Source: an uncultured Phycisphaerales bacterium (GTDB lineage Bacteria; Planctomycetota; Phycisphaerae; Tepidisphaerales; Tepidisphaeraceae). From it: a stretch of DNA of 64,000 nucleotides. The notes beneath the pieces were generated by a model. It was given only the letters and a program-made list of their open reading frames with translations. It searched no databases and was not told where the DNA came from. The stretch's first letter is position 1, and each line of letters opens with the position of its first letter. The stretch covers positions 3,552,001-3,616,000 of the forward strand of contig CAVWVQ010000003.1 in the NCBI GenBank assembly GCA_963758525.1, in the 5' to 3' direction. Shown in pieces: positions 1 through 9,859 of this stretch. The position numbers and the translations under genes were made by a program.

Positions 1-849
1 CGATCGCCTTGGCGCCCAGAACGAGGTGCTGCGCCGCCCGGGGCCCCGCGCCCACGTCAGCCAGTCGTTCACGAACGAAGGTGTATGCTTCTCTTTGGGA
101 CGCGTCGCCCTCACCAGGTTCACCGCGTAGTCCACCACATGATCGCTGACCGGCAACTTGCGCAGGATCTTCTGGACGTGCAGAATGTCTGAGGCGGACA
201 GAACCGCTTGCGGCGCGGCCTCCAGGTCCATCGTCGTCGCCCGGACAATCGCGCGCTCCTCGGGCTGGCTGGGGTAGCCGATGTTCACCATAAACATGAA
301 CCGATCGAGTTGCGCCTCCGGAAGCGGGTAGGTTCCCTCCTGCTCGATGGGATTCTGCGTCGCAAGAACGAAGAACGGCAGATCGATCGGGTACGTTCGT
401 CCGCCGGCGGTAACGTGGTACTCCTGCATCGCCTGCAAGAGAGCCGCCTGCGTTTTTGGCGGCGTGCGATTGATTTCGTCGGCCAGAATCAGATTGGAAA
501 ACACCGGACCTTTGACAAATCGAAATGACCGCTTCCCGGTGGTTTGATCTTCTTCCAGAACATCGGTCCCGGTGATGTCGGCGGGCATCAGATCGGGCGT
601 AAACTGGATGCGGTTGAACTCGAGCTGCAGCACCTTGGCCAGCGTGCTGATCAGAAGCGTCTTCGCCAGGCCGGGAACTCCGACCAGCAGGCAATGTCCG
701 CGTGCGAAAATCGCGGCAAGCAGCAGTTCGATCACCGCTTCCTGCCCAATGATGACTTTGTGCAGTTCCTTGTGAAGGCGATCCTTCACGGCGCTGAACT
801 TTTCAATGAATGTCGATTCGCCCGCCTCGGACGCCGATAGAGTCTGCAT
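1..849 (-). CDS. MoxR-family AAA+ ATPase (runs off the window start)
   Basis: Manual translation from ATG at 849: HCLLVGVPGLAKT (Walker A), RIQFTPDLMPADITG, LADEINRTPPKTQAALLQAMQE, ATQNPIEQEGTYPLPEAQLDRF. Possible indel near position 50. Confidence 0.92.
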   Translation of the reverse strand, partial: MQTLSASEAGESTFIEKFSAVKDRLHKELHKVIIGQEAVIELLLAAIFARGHCLLVGVPGLAKTLLISTLAKVLQLEFNRIQFTPDLMPADITGTDVLEEDQTTGKRSFRFVKGPVFSNLILADEINRTPPKTQAALLQAMQEYHVTAGGRTYPIDLPFFVLATQNPIEQEGTYPLPEAQLDRFMFMVNIGYPSQPEERAIVRATTMDLEAAPQAVLSASDILHVQKILRKLPVSDHVVDYAVNLVRATRPKEKHTPSFVNDWLTWARGPGRRSTSFWAPRRS

Positions 850-929
850 CAGGTTGCCGTTCTCGTCGAAAGAGTTCCGATCGCGACTTCAAATTTCAAA
901 TTTCAAGTATTTCAAATTTCAAATCGATC

Positions 930-2447
930 TCAATGTGACACCGCGTACATGAAGATGTTCGCCCCCAGCTTCAAGGCGTCGGCATCGGCGTAGCCATTAT
1001 CGTACGCGCGCGGAAGCTGCTCCCAGCCCGCGCTGAGGCTCAAGCGGGAGTAGATCACCGGAAGCTGCCCGTCGATTTGAATCGCTTCAAGACGCGGAGC
1101 AATGGCATCGGTCCCGATCAACTGCGCCGCCAGGGGCGACAGGTGCGCGATCTTCGTGTCGTACACGAAATTGAAGATCGGATGATCCGCCGGCAGCGGC
1201 TGCAGGTCGTGGTCCTTGTAAATCTCCTTCATCTCCCGGCGAAACGCCCGGTCGAATTCGCTGCTGCCGACCACGTCATCGACGATCAGCGTTCCTCCCT
1301 GATCGAAATACTTGCGCAGCCGCGTGCGCGCCTCGGGCGAAAAGGAGAAATCGCGCTGGCCGCTCATGTAGAGAACGGGAAAGCTGAAGATATCCGACTG
1401 GGCCGGATCGACGGGGACGCGCTTGAACTGCACGTGCAGCGTCGTTGACTGATCAATCGTCTTGAGCAGATTCGGCAAGCCGTGCGGCGTGGCATCCCAG
1501 TCGCCGTTGTGAACGATCTGCCCCAGCACAAGCTGATCGCGCGTCGCGTCCGACGCCTGGTGGTACACCTTCTGATGATCGAAGAAACGGCCGTACTGAT
1601 ATTCCGCCAGGCAGTAGGTGACAATGTTCGCGCCCATGTGCAGCGCGTCTTCCTGACTGTAGAGAATGCCTCCTTCGATCGGATGGGTGTCAGCATTCCA
1701 CCCGCAGGAGAGGTCGATCGGCGAGAAAATCACCGCCGCGCGCGTTCCGATGTTTACGACCTCCAGATAGGGCGGGACGACCTGCCAAGGGTCATCATCC
1801 TTTCGCACGTGCATCTGCGTGATTCGATAGAACGACGAAAAGAGCGGATGATCCGTCGGAACCGCCGCCAGTTCCCTATCGGGAAAAATCCGGCGTATTT
1901 CCCGCCGAAACGAATCATTGAATTCCGGCCGTCCGCAACTGCTGTGCACCACCCACGTGCCGCCGTCCATCAGATACTGGCGGAGCTTCTGAATCGTCCC
2001 GTCGTCAAACTCCGGCAACGGCTGCCAACCGGTGAAGTACAGAATCGGCAATTCCGTCGGATCGTAGCTGAATCGGCCAAAGTCAGTCCGCACATACCGA
2101 TATCGCTGCCCCAACTGGCTGTTGGTGAAATCGACCCACTGCTCGATATCAATAATGGTCGTCTGCCATTGTCGGCGCGTTCCGCGCAGCGACTGCGAGA
2201 CAAACGTTACGCTGCCGATCAGCGCCGGCGCCGACGGCTCGCGCTTTTTCTCCGAACGGCGCAGCGGAGTGACCGGCAGCGGCGGCAGCGGCGGAAATCC
2301 CTCCCCCGCATTCTGCCGTTGCGGCTTGGCCTGCGGCGGAATATTCGCCTTGGGATTGACCCATTCGCCCGCCCGCGCCGGCGCGTCAACAACCACCGCC
2401 AGCAGCAGCAGGACCGGCAGCAAACTTTTCGGAACCGGTTTGTTCAT
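930..2447 (-). CDS. Secreted protein with two tandem DUF4159-like domains
   Basis: Signal peptide, then two repeats of P(I/V)LY.(T/S)G...L(R/K).Y...GGT...F..(S/A)FRRE...DHP(L/I)F. Adjacent to MoxR. Confidence 0.75.
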   Translation of the reverse strand: MNKPVPKSLLPVLLLLAVVVDAPARAGEWVNPKANIPPQAKPQRQNAGEGFPPLPPLPVTPLRRSEKKREPSAPALIGSVTFVSQSLRGTRRQWQTTIIDIEQWVDFTNSQLGQRYRYVRTDFGRFSYDPTELPILYFTGWQPLPEFDDGTIQKLRQYLMDGGTWVVHSSCGRPEFNDSFRREIRRIFPDRELAAVPTDHPLFSSFYRITQMHVRKDDDPWQVVPPYLEVVNIGTRAAVIFSPIDLSCGWNADTHPIEGGILYSQEDALHMGANIVTYCLAEYQYGRFFDHQKVYHQASDATRDQLVLGQIVHNGDWDATPHGLPNLLKTIDQSTTLHVQFKRVPVDPAQSDIFSFPVLYMSGQRDFSFSPEARTRLRKYFDQGGTLIVDDVVGSSEFDRAFRREMKEIYKDHDLQPLPADHPIFNFVYDTKIAHLSPLAAQLIGTDAIAPRLEAIQIDGQLPVIYSRLSLSAGWEQLPRAYDNGYADADALKLGANIFMYAVSH

Positions 2448-2539
2448 GCGCTTCCCTTGCTATTCTATATCGACCTGCGCGAAAAGGGTTGTCTTGCAGC
2501 CGGCACGCGAAGCCGCTTCAAGCGGCAGCGCCTTGCGCG

Positions 2540-3490
2540 TCATGTCCCGTTTTCAGACTCGACTTCCGCCCCCGCCGGTTTCTCCGTCTCAGTCCCAAGT
2601 CCCGCACCTTCAACATCTCCCTCATCGCGCGAGCCGTCGAAATCCATCAGGAAATGGATGTTCTTCATGCGTTCGTCGCCCACTCGCTTGCGAAGCAGAT
2701 TCCGCGCCCGGCGAATCGCCGTGCGCCGCGAAACGTGCGTGATCACAATCTCCTTGTTCTTCAATTTCGGCAGCACTTCAATCAACTGCTCCAGGTGCAG
2801 ATGGCGGCCCGCCTTTGCCTTGGATCTGTGATCGGCATCCCAAAATGTACATTCCGTGATCAGTATTTCCGCGTTCTGCACGTCCGGATCATCGAAGACC
2901 GAGCCGATCGTGGTATCGCCCAAAAATGCCACCATCGGCACCTCCAGCCGATATTGGATCTCGACGCCCGCGTTGCGCATCGCAACCAGCTCCGGCCCCG
3001 TCTTGCCGATCAGCTCCGGCTTCAGTTTTTCGCGGATGTTGATCAGGGCATATCCTACGCTCGACCCGCCATGATGCGTGGCAAAGCATCGCACGCCAAA
3101 GTCGCGCCGCACCTCATACATCTGTCCCGGACTCATCGGCAACAGCTTGTACGGCGTCCCCTGCCGTTCGACATCGCGCCAGCACCGCAGCATCCCATCG
3201 ACCGACTGCTGCAATTCGCGCGGCAGAAACACCGTCCCCGCCTTCATCCCCTGAAAATACCGTTGCGACAGATAATACGGCAGCCCCGCCAGGTGATCCA
3301 TGTGTCCGTGCGTGATGCAGACAAAATCGCTGGTCAACGCGAAATAAGGACACCGCCCGATGTCGAAGCAGACATTCAGCTCCGGAATCTGCACCACCGT
3401 CTCTTCGCCGGCGACGCTGTAGCCGACGACGTGATACATCCCCAGCGGGATCTTGGCGAACTTCTGAACCAGGAACGACTTTTCCGGCAT
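2540..3490 (-). CDS. MBL-fold hydrolase, TM-type short tRNase Z-like
   Basis: GYSVAGEET, FDIGRCP, THGHMDH (HxHxDH), KLKPELIGKTGPEL arm, GDT, TECTF, HLH motifs. Confidence 0.75.
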   Translation of the reverse strand: MPEKSFLVQKFAKIPLGMYHVVGYSVAGEETVVQIPELNVCFDIGRCPYFALTSDFVCITHGHMDHLAGLPYYLSQRYFQGMKAGTVFLPRELQQSVDGMLRCWRDVERQGTPYKLLPMSPGQMYEVRRDFGVRCFATHHGGSSVGYALINIREKLKPELIGKTGPELVAMRNAGVEIQYRLEVPMVAFLGDTTIGSVFDDPDVQNAEILITECTFWDADHRSKAKAGRHLHLEQLIEVLPKLKNKEIVITHVSRRTAIRRARNLLRKRVGDERMKNIHFLMDFDGSRDEGDVEGAGLGTETEKPAGAEVESENGT

Positions 3491-3629
3491 AAAGGAAGTG
3501 TAGTCGGCTCAGTCGAGCGACGAAAGACGACCGCGATCCGGTCCCGCCGGGACAGTCACTCCAGTGGAATGACCGTTTTCTCGCGATATGATCCGGCAGT
3601 CGGCGCCGGCTGGCTCTATCAAGGAGCAT

Positions 3630-3797
3630 ATGATGTCTAAGATGATGACGGTTGCCCAGATCGTAAAAGAGAACGAAGAAGTGATGAAGCGGGCGGGAAA
3701 GCGAGCACGTCGCAGCAAGAAGAGCGCGACAGCGTTCCTGGTTCGGGCCGGAATCCTCAACAAAAACGGTAAAGGATTGGCCAGACCGTACCGCTGA
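3630..3797 (+). CDS. Small basic hypothetical protein (possible antitoxin)
   Basis: AAGGAG RBS at 3621-3626; about 55 aa; stop lies 3 nt before the next ATG. Confidence 0.6.
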   Translation: MMSKMMTVAQIVKENEEVMKRAGKRARRSKKSATAFLVRAGILNKNGKGLARPYR

Positions 3798-3800
3798 ACC

Positions 3801-4399
3801 ATGTACGATCGGCTGCCAGGTCTCATTCTCGGCTACCACGGTTGCGACCGCGCGGTCGGCGAGGGCGTGTTGTCGGGCAAAGTCGACTTGATGGGGAGCA
3901 AGAACTCGTACGACTGGCTTGGTCACGGCATTTATTTTTGGGAGAACAATTCGGTGCGCGCGATCGAGTGGGCGCGTCTGCTTCAGCACATCCCACGCGG
4001 CAATCGGCGAAAAATCAGACATCCCATGGCGATTGGGGCGGTAATTGACTTGGGCCTTTGCCTCAACCTGCTCGATGCGGCGTTCTTAGCACAACTGCCC
4101 CTCGCCTATGACGAGCTTCGCGATTTTCATGAACGCTCGGGTCAGCCATTCCCCGAAAACCGTCCTTTGGCCGGATCTAAAGATCTGCTACTGCGCCACC
4201 TGGACTGTGCGGTGATCGAGACACTCCACCAATTGCGAAACGATGGAAACAAACCTTCTTTCGACACCGCGCCGGGGTCTTCGTCGAAGGTGAGCCGCTT
4301 TATCCTGGAGCGGCCATTCAAAAATTCAATCACATTCAGGTTTGTGTCCGCAACCCCGATTGCATCAAGGGATACTTTCGGTTGCGCAAAAATCTGTGA
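3801..4399 (+). CDS. ADP-ribosyltransferase-like (DUF3990-like) protein; frameshift near 4270
   Basis: GYHGCD...YDWLGHGIYFWE. After the shift it reads GVFVEGEPLYPGAAIQKFNHIQVCVRNPDCIKGYF to TGA at 4397-4399. The ORF track fuses it artificially to the permease. Confidence 0.65.
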
Positions 4400-4544
4400 C
4401 CGTCTCCTGGCCGCACCCGCAGCGCCGTTGCAAGAGCCCATAACACGGGCGCAAAAAAATCCCCTTCCTTCCCTTCGTGCCTCCGTGCCTTTCTTCCGCA
4501 CCTCTCTTCTTGACCTTTCCCCTCCCGGAACGACACTGCCCCGC

Positions 4545-5507
4545 ATGTCCGCGATCGCCGCAACTCGCCTTGGCGCCGGCTTCGAGAACGTTGCCGTCGA
4601 TCATCTCTGGCGGCGCGTCCTCGCCAGCGGACGCATCGTCATCGGCGGCGGATTCGTTTCACTCTTGCTCCTCACGTGTCTGCTCTATCTCCCCTTTACG
4701 CTCAACGATTCGGGCTCGATGTATTACAACCGCCAGGTCGAGGCGATGGCCCGGCATGGGCCGATGTGGACCTCGCAATCGATGCTCTTTGGCGCCGATG
4801 AACTGGGAAACAGCATCTTTTCACGCTGCCTGCTGGGCGGCGTGATCAGCCTGATGATCGGCGTTGCTGCGGCCACGATTTCCGTCGTGCTCGGCGTGGC
4901 CGTCGGACTCATCGCGGGGTATCGAGGGGGATGGGTCGACGGGCTGCTGATGCGCATCGTCGATATCCTCTACGGGCTCCCCTACATCCTTCTGGTCATT
5001 CTTTTCAAGATCGCGCTGGAACAGCCGCTGGCGAGAGTGTTGCATTCGCCGCCGGCGGGAAATCTGGTGGTGCTCTTCCTGGCCATCGGACTGGTGAGTT
5101 GGCTGACGATGGCGCGCGTGATTCGCGGGCAGGTGCTGCTGCTGCGGAGCCTGCCGTTCGTGGAAGCGGCGCGGGCGGCGGGCGTCACGGAATTGCGAAT
5201 CTTCACGCGGCACCTGTTGCCGAATCTTGTGGGACCGATCACGGTGTATGCGACGCTCACGGTGCCGCAGGCGATCCTGCAGGAGTCGTTCCTCAGCTTC
5301 CTCGGCGTCGGCATTCAGCCGCCCCTGCCGACGTGGGGGTCGCTCGCCAGCGGCGGGCTCATGCCGGCGCTCAACCCGCTTCACAGCCTCTGGTGGGTGC
5401 TGCTGTTTCCCTGTACTCTGTTGGCCCTGACGCTCCTGAGCCTCAACTTCCTTGGCGACGGACTGCGCGACGTGTTCGATCCGCAGCGCGACGCCGCGAA
5501 AATCTGA
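4545..5507 (+). CDS. Peptide ABC transporter permease (OppC-like)
   Basis: FGADELG...SR, multiple TM segments, EAA loop FVEAARAAG, ESFLSFLGVG, GDGLRDVFDP. Confidence 0.9.
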   Translation: MSAIAATRLGAGFENVAVDHLWRRVLASGRIVIGGGFVSLLLLTCLLYLPFTLNDSGSMYYNRQVEAMARHGPMWTSQSMLFGADELGNSIFSRCLLGGVISLMIGVAAATISVVLGVAVGLIAGYRGGWVDGLLMRIVDILYGLPYILLVILFKIALEQPLARVLHSPPAGNLVVLFLAIGLVSWLTMARVIRGQVLLLRSLPFVEAARAAGVTELRIFTRHLLPNLVGPITVYATLTVPQAILQESFLSFLGVGIQPPLPTWGSLASGGLMPALNPLHSLWWVLLFPCTLLALTLLSLNFLGDGLRDVFDPQRDAAKI

Positions 5508-5536
5508 AAGCAGTGAGCGAGTCGCGAGTTCGAAGC

Positions 5537-7408
5537 ATGGAAAATCGATTCGGATTTTTTCATTTCATCTTTAGCGTCCTGCTGATCCTGCTGATCGTCG
5601 TGGTATGCCTGGGAATGCAGCAGTTGGATCGGCAGTGGACGAAGCTGCGGCAAATCCAGGACTCACTTGATCAGCAGACCAAAACCCTGGCGCAATTGAG
5701 CGTCGCGGTGGCCAATGCGCCGCCGCCCGGCACCGGGCCGGGTCAGTCTGACCATCCCGGCAGCGCAACGGTGATTGCCAGCGATCGCGGCGATGTGTTT
5801 GCAGAAGTGAAGGCGGCCGAGAAGCAGCCGGATTTCGCCCGCGGGGATTGGTTCATCGATAACATGGGGACCAAGGTCGGCCGAATCACCCCGATGATCT
5901 CCAGCGATCTCTATGCGATTATCGTCGACGCCAAGGTGGTCGAATCGCTGGTGGTTCGCGACCCGATGACGCTTGAGTATGTTCCCCAACTGGCGCACGA
6001 CTGGAAGATCAGCGACGACGGGCTGACGTTCACGTTTTACCTTCGCCGCGGCGTCACCTTCTCCGACGGCGAGCCTTTCACGGCCGACGACGTGGTTTTC
6101 TCGTATCAGATCATCATGGACCCAAAGATCGATGATCCGCGGGACCGGGCGTATCTCGATAAAATCAAGAGCGTGCAGAAAGTGGATGATTACACGGTGG
6201 TCTTCAAGATGACTGAGCCGTATTTCGACAGCATGAGCCTGACGGGCGGCCTCAACATTCTGCCCAGGCACTTCTATTCAAAATACACCCAGGAGCAGAT
6301 CAATCAGAATCCCGGCCTGTTGATGGGAACCGGCCCTTACAAGCTGCGCGACCCCGCAGGCTGGATTCCGGGACAACTGCTGGAAGTGATCCGCAACGAT
6401 CGCTATTGGGGTCCGCCGCCGACTTTTAACCGATTGGTCTTCCACGAGGTGGAGGAAGAAGCCGCTGAAGAGGCGATGTACATCAATGGAGAGTTGGACC
6501 AGTTTGCGCCGCAGCCGGAACAATACGTGCGGATGCTGAAGGACAAGCGGGTGATGGATCGGTCGAATCATTACGAGTATTCCACTTTGCTGAGCGGATA
6601 CTCGTATATCGCCTGGAACGAGAAGCGGGCGGGAAAGCCAACAGCATTTGCCGATCCGAAGGTTCGTACCGCCATGACCTTGCTGACGGATCGGCAGCGG
6701 ATCTGCCAGGAAGTCTATCTTGGGTACGCCCAGCCGATCAGCGGCCCGTTTTCCAACAATTCGCCGCAGGCGGATCCTTCAATCAAGCCGCTCCCCTACG
6801 ACCCGGCAGCGGCGGCAAAGCTGCTAGCCGAGGCGGGATACGCCTATCGCGACAACTCCGGAGTGCTGGAAGACGCCGAGGGAAAGCCCCTGCGAATCAA
6901 GCTCTCCTATGGCAGTGGGAACGCGACGTTCGAGCGCATCGCGCTATTCCTCAAGGACACTTACGCGAAGGCCGGAGTCACCCTCCAACTCGACCCGGTG
7001 GATTGGCCGCTGCTGGTCAAGAAGCTTGATGAACGCGATTTCGAAGCGGTGTCGCTCGGATGGGGCGGCGCGATCGAGAGTGACTTGTACCAGGAATTCG
7101 ACTCCAGCCAGATTCCAGATCGCGCGGATAATTTCATGTCCTACTCGAATCCCGATCTGGATCGCGTGGTGCGCCAGGCGAGGAAGACCGTGGACGACGC
7201 GGCGCGGATGAAGCTGTGGCACGAGGCGCATCGAATCCTTGCCCGGGACCAGCCCTACACGTTCCTGCTCGAACGCATGAGCCTCCGGTTCATCGACAAA
7301 AGAATCAAAAACGTGGAGCCCTCCAAAGTGGGACTGAATTATGTGAATCTCTGGAGCAGTCCCATCCCCTGGTACGTCCCTAAGGCACTGCAAAAATACG
7401 CCGACTGA
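5537..7408 (+). CDS. Peptide ABC transporter substrate-binding protein (family 5)
   Basis: N-terminal TM anchor and coiled coil; LAHDWKISDDGLTFTFYLRRGVTFSDGEPFTADDVVFS; GTGPY. Confidence 0.92.
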   Translation: MENRFGFFHFIFSVLLILLIVVVCLGMQQLDRQWTKLRQIQDSLDQQTKTLAQLSVAVANAPPPGTGPGQSDHPGSATVIASDRGDVFAEVKAAEKQPDFARGDWFIDNMGTKVGRITPMISSDLYAIIVDAKVVESLVVRDPMTLEYVPQLAHDWKISDDGLTFTFYLRRGVTFSDGEPFTADDVVFSYQIIMDPKIDDPRDRAYLDKIKSVQKVDDYTVVFKMTEPYFDSMSLTGGLNILPRHFYSKYTQEQINQNPGLLMGTGPYKLRDPAGWIPGQLLEVIRNDRYWGPPPTFNRLVFHEVEEEAAEEAMYINGELDQFAPQPEQYVRMLKDKRVMDRSNHYEYSTLLSGYSYIAWNEKRAGKPTAFADPKVRTAMTLLTDRQRICQEVYLGYAQPISGPFSNNSPQADPSIKPLPYDPAAAAKLLAEAGYAYRDNSGVLEDAEGKPLRIKLSYGSGNATFERIALFLKDTYAKAGVTLQLDPVDWPLLVKKLDERDFEAVSLGWGGAIESDLYQEFDSSQIPDRADNFMSYSNPDLDRVVRQARKTVDDAARMKLWHEAHRILARDQPYTFLLERMSLRFIDKRIKNVEPSKVGLNYVNLWSSPIPWYVPKALQKYAD

Positions 7409-7414
7409 TCCGTC

Positions 7415-8497
7415 ATGCTCACTTATGTCATTCGGCGGTTGCTGCTGCTCGTGCCGACATTGCTCGGCATTACTCTTGTTGTCTTTGCTGTCGTCGCCAG
7501 CACCCCGGGCGGCATGGGCGCTTCGCTGCTGGGTAGAGACCTGGAATTGCGCCCCGCCCAGCGCAAGGCGTATGAAGCATATCTGAATGAACGATTCGGG
7601 CTGAATCAGCCGCTGCATACGCAGTACCTCAAATGGCTCAAAAAGGTTTTGCCCGTCGGCGCCAAGAAGATCGGCGAGGGTTTCCCGTCGGGATGGTCGG
7701 TCGGATTGAAAGCGCCCGACCTCGGCTACAGCTTCAATCGCGGACGTCCTGTGGGCATGCTCATTTGGGAGGCCCTGCCGATCACCCTCCTGATCGAAAG
7801 CCTGTCGCTTCCGCTCACATACTTGATCGCTATCGGAACCGGCATCCGCGCGGCGCTCTCCCGCGGGAAACTTGCCGACGTTGGCATTGGAACAATTCTG
7901 ATCGGGCTCTATTCACTGCCAGAGATCTGGGTTGGAGTGCTTCTCATCGGCGTGCTCACCAATCGGGAAATCCTGCACTGGTTTCCCAGTAATGGCCTGC
8001 ACGATGTGCTCGCCGAATCCATGCCATACCTCCCGCACTGGACCTCATCAGGATTTGAGCGCGGCTGGCTGCTCGACACGCTCTGGCATCTCACGCTGCC
8101 GCTGATTTGCTTTTCTTATGCGAGCTTCGCCTTTCTCTCGCGCCTGATGCGCGCGAACATCCTTGATACGCTCGGGCTCGACTTCGTACGCACTGCCCGC
8201 GCAAAGGGGTTGGCGTCGCGAATCGTGCTCTACCGGCATGTGCTGCGAAACAGTCTCATTTCACTCATTACTGCATCTTCGGGGATACTTCCGGGGCTGA
8301 TCGCCGGTTCCTTCATAGTCGAAACCATCTTTGGAATTCCCGGCATGGGAAAACTCACGATCGACGCCGTCAAATCGCGCGATCGTGACCTGTTCATGTC
8401 GCTGACGCTGATCACCAGCCTGCTGCAGTTGATTGGTTTTCTCCTGGCCGACCTGGCATATGCCCTTGCCGATCCGAGGGTGAGCTATGTCAATTGA
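7415..8497 (+). CDS. Peptide ABC transporter permease (OppB-like)
   Basis: MLTYVIRRLL, GLNQPLHTQY, DFVRTARAKGL, VETIFGIPGMG, DPRV. Confidence 0.92.
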   Translation: MLTYVIRRLLLLVPTLLGITLVVFAVVASTPGGMGASLLGRDLELRPAQRKAYEAYLNERFGLNQPLHTQYLKWLKKVLPVGAKKIGEGFPSGWSVGLKAPDLGYSFNRGRPVGMLIWEALPITLLIESLSLPLTYLIAIGTGIRAALSRGKLADVGIGTILIGLYSLPEIWVGVLLIGVLTNREILHWFPSNGLHDVLAESMPYLPHWTSSGFERGWLLDTLWHLTLPLICFSYASFAFLSRLMRANILDTLGLDFVRTARAKGLASRIVLYRHVLRNSLISLITASSGILPGLIAGSFIVETIFGIPGMGKLTIDAVKSRDRDLFMSLTLITSLLQLIGFLLADLAYALADPRVSYVN

Positions 8498-9704
8498 GCA
8501 AGTGGAGGAATCCGTGCGCCTGGATGTCGGGGCTCTCATTGCCGCGCAACCACCTTCGATCGGCTTTCTCCGCCAGGCCGTGCGCGAAACCGTCCGCTCG
8601 CGCACGGCTCAGGCAGGCTTGCTCTGGCTGGCGGTGCTTGCCATCTGCGCGATTTTCGCTCCGCTGCTGGCCAATACACATCCACTCCTCTTGAAGACCG
8701 ATGGCCGATGGACCTGTCCCCTGGCCCGCAGCCTGCATCCGACCGACGTTTTGCTGTTGATCGCCTTTGTCGAATCGCTTGTTCTCATTGCCGCACGAAG
8801 GCACAGTTTTCTCTCGGGCGCAAGGATTGTTGCGCTCACGATGCTGGTGCTGATCTATCCGGCTTATCGCCTGATCCGCCCGCCCGACGCCGAAGATTAT
8901 TCCCGATTCCGCGCCATGGAAGCGGAGGGACGGGTGGAATCCGCTTGGATGACGCCGATTCCGTACTCCCCAGCCGACCGGCTGCGCGACAACCCTGAAG
9001 CCCGCCTTCTGCCCCCCAGCCGGCTGCACTATCTCGGAACCGACACCAACGGCGCCGATGTCGCCAGCAACATCATCCACGCGTCGCGCATCGCTCTTTC
9101 CATCGGATTCATTTCCACCGGGTTGTCGGTTGTCATCGGTGTCGTTATCGGCGGGTTCATGGGATACTACGTCGGCGTGCTCGATTTGCTGGGCATGCGA
9201 CTCATCGAAATTTTCGAGGCCATCCCGCGACTCTTCCTCTTGATCACGGTCACGGCGTTCGTTCAAGAGCGTAATATCTACCTGATGATGACCATCATCG
9301 GCCTGACCGGCTGGACCGGTTACGCACGGTTTCTGCGCGGCGAAATCTTCTCATTGCGAAAGCAGGATTTCGTGCAGGCCGCGATTGCCGCCGGTCTTCC
9401 CGAGCGCTCCGTCGTATTCCGCCACCTGCTGCCCAATGGCCTCACGCCGGTGCTTGTGAATACAACCTTCAGCGTCGCATCCGCGATCGTTCTCGAAAGC
9501 ACGCTCACGTTCCTCGGACTTGGGCTGGTCGATGAAGCCAGTTGGGGCGGCATGCTGAACCAGGCCCGCGCCGGCGGCAGCGGATTCGTCTGGTGGATCG
9601 CCACCTTCCCTGGCCTGGCGATTTTCCTCACCGTTTTCTCCTATAACCTCGTCGGCGAAGCGATTCGCGACGCGCTGGACCCTAAACTTCAGAGCATGGC
9701 ATGA
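8487..9704 (+). CDS. Peptide ABC transporter permease (OppC-like)
   Basis: HYLGTDTNGADV, DFVQAAIAAG, ESTLTFLGLG, GEAIRDALDP. Confidence 0.92.
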   Translation: MSIEQVEESVRLDVGALIAAQPPSIGFLRQAVRETVRSRTAQAGLLWLAVLAICAIFAPLLANTHPLLLKTDGRWTCPLARSLHPTDVLLLIAFVESLVLIAARRHSFLSGARIVALTMLVLIYPAYRLIRPPDAEDYSRFRAMEAEGRVESAWMTPIPYSPADRLRDNPEARLLPPSRLHYLGTDTNGADVASNIIHASRIALSIGFISTGLSVVIGVVIGGFMGYYVGVLDLLGMRLIEIFEAIPRLFLLITVTAFVQERNIYLMMTIIGLTGWTGYARFLRGEIFSLRKQDFVQAAIAAGLPERSVVFRHLLPNGLTPVLVNTTFSVASAIVLESTLTFLGLGLVDEASWGGMLNQARAGGSGFVWWIATFPGLAIFLTVFSYNLVGEAIRDALDPKLQSMA

Positions 9705-9737
9705 TGACCAACACCAGCGAAACTCTTGCCCGCTTAT

Positions 9738-9827
9738 GTAGGACGGGATTCATCCCGCCGGTCTTTTTGTCCGGAAGACATTTGCGCTATGCAAGAGTGG
9801 AAAACGGCGGGATGAATCCCGCCCTAC
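9738..9827. repeat. REP doublet, family A (GTAGGGCGGGATTCATCCCGCC)
   Basis: GTAG-footed hairpin plus inverted copy ending CCGCCCTAC, intergenic. Confidence 0.8.
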
Positions 9828-9859
9828 ATCGGTGAAAATTACCGCTAGCCGATCAAACC

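Noticed and set aside
3801..5507. 568-aa ART-permease fusion
   Set aside because: Artefact of the frameshift at ~4270; the ART-like gene has its own stop at 4399 and the permease its own ATG at 4545
4545..9704. Two OppC-like permeases in one operon as a novel transporter
   Set aside because: Extra permease paralogues are common in peptide ABC loci; nothing else is unusual
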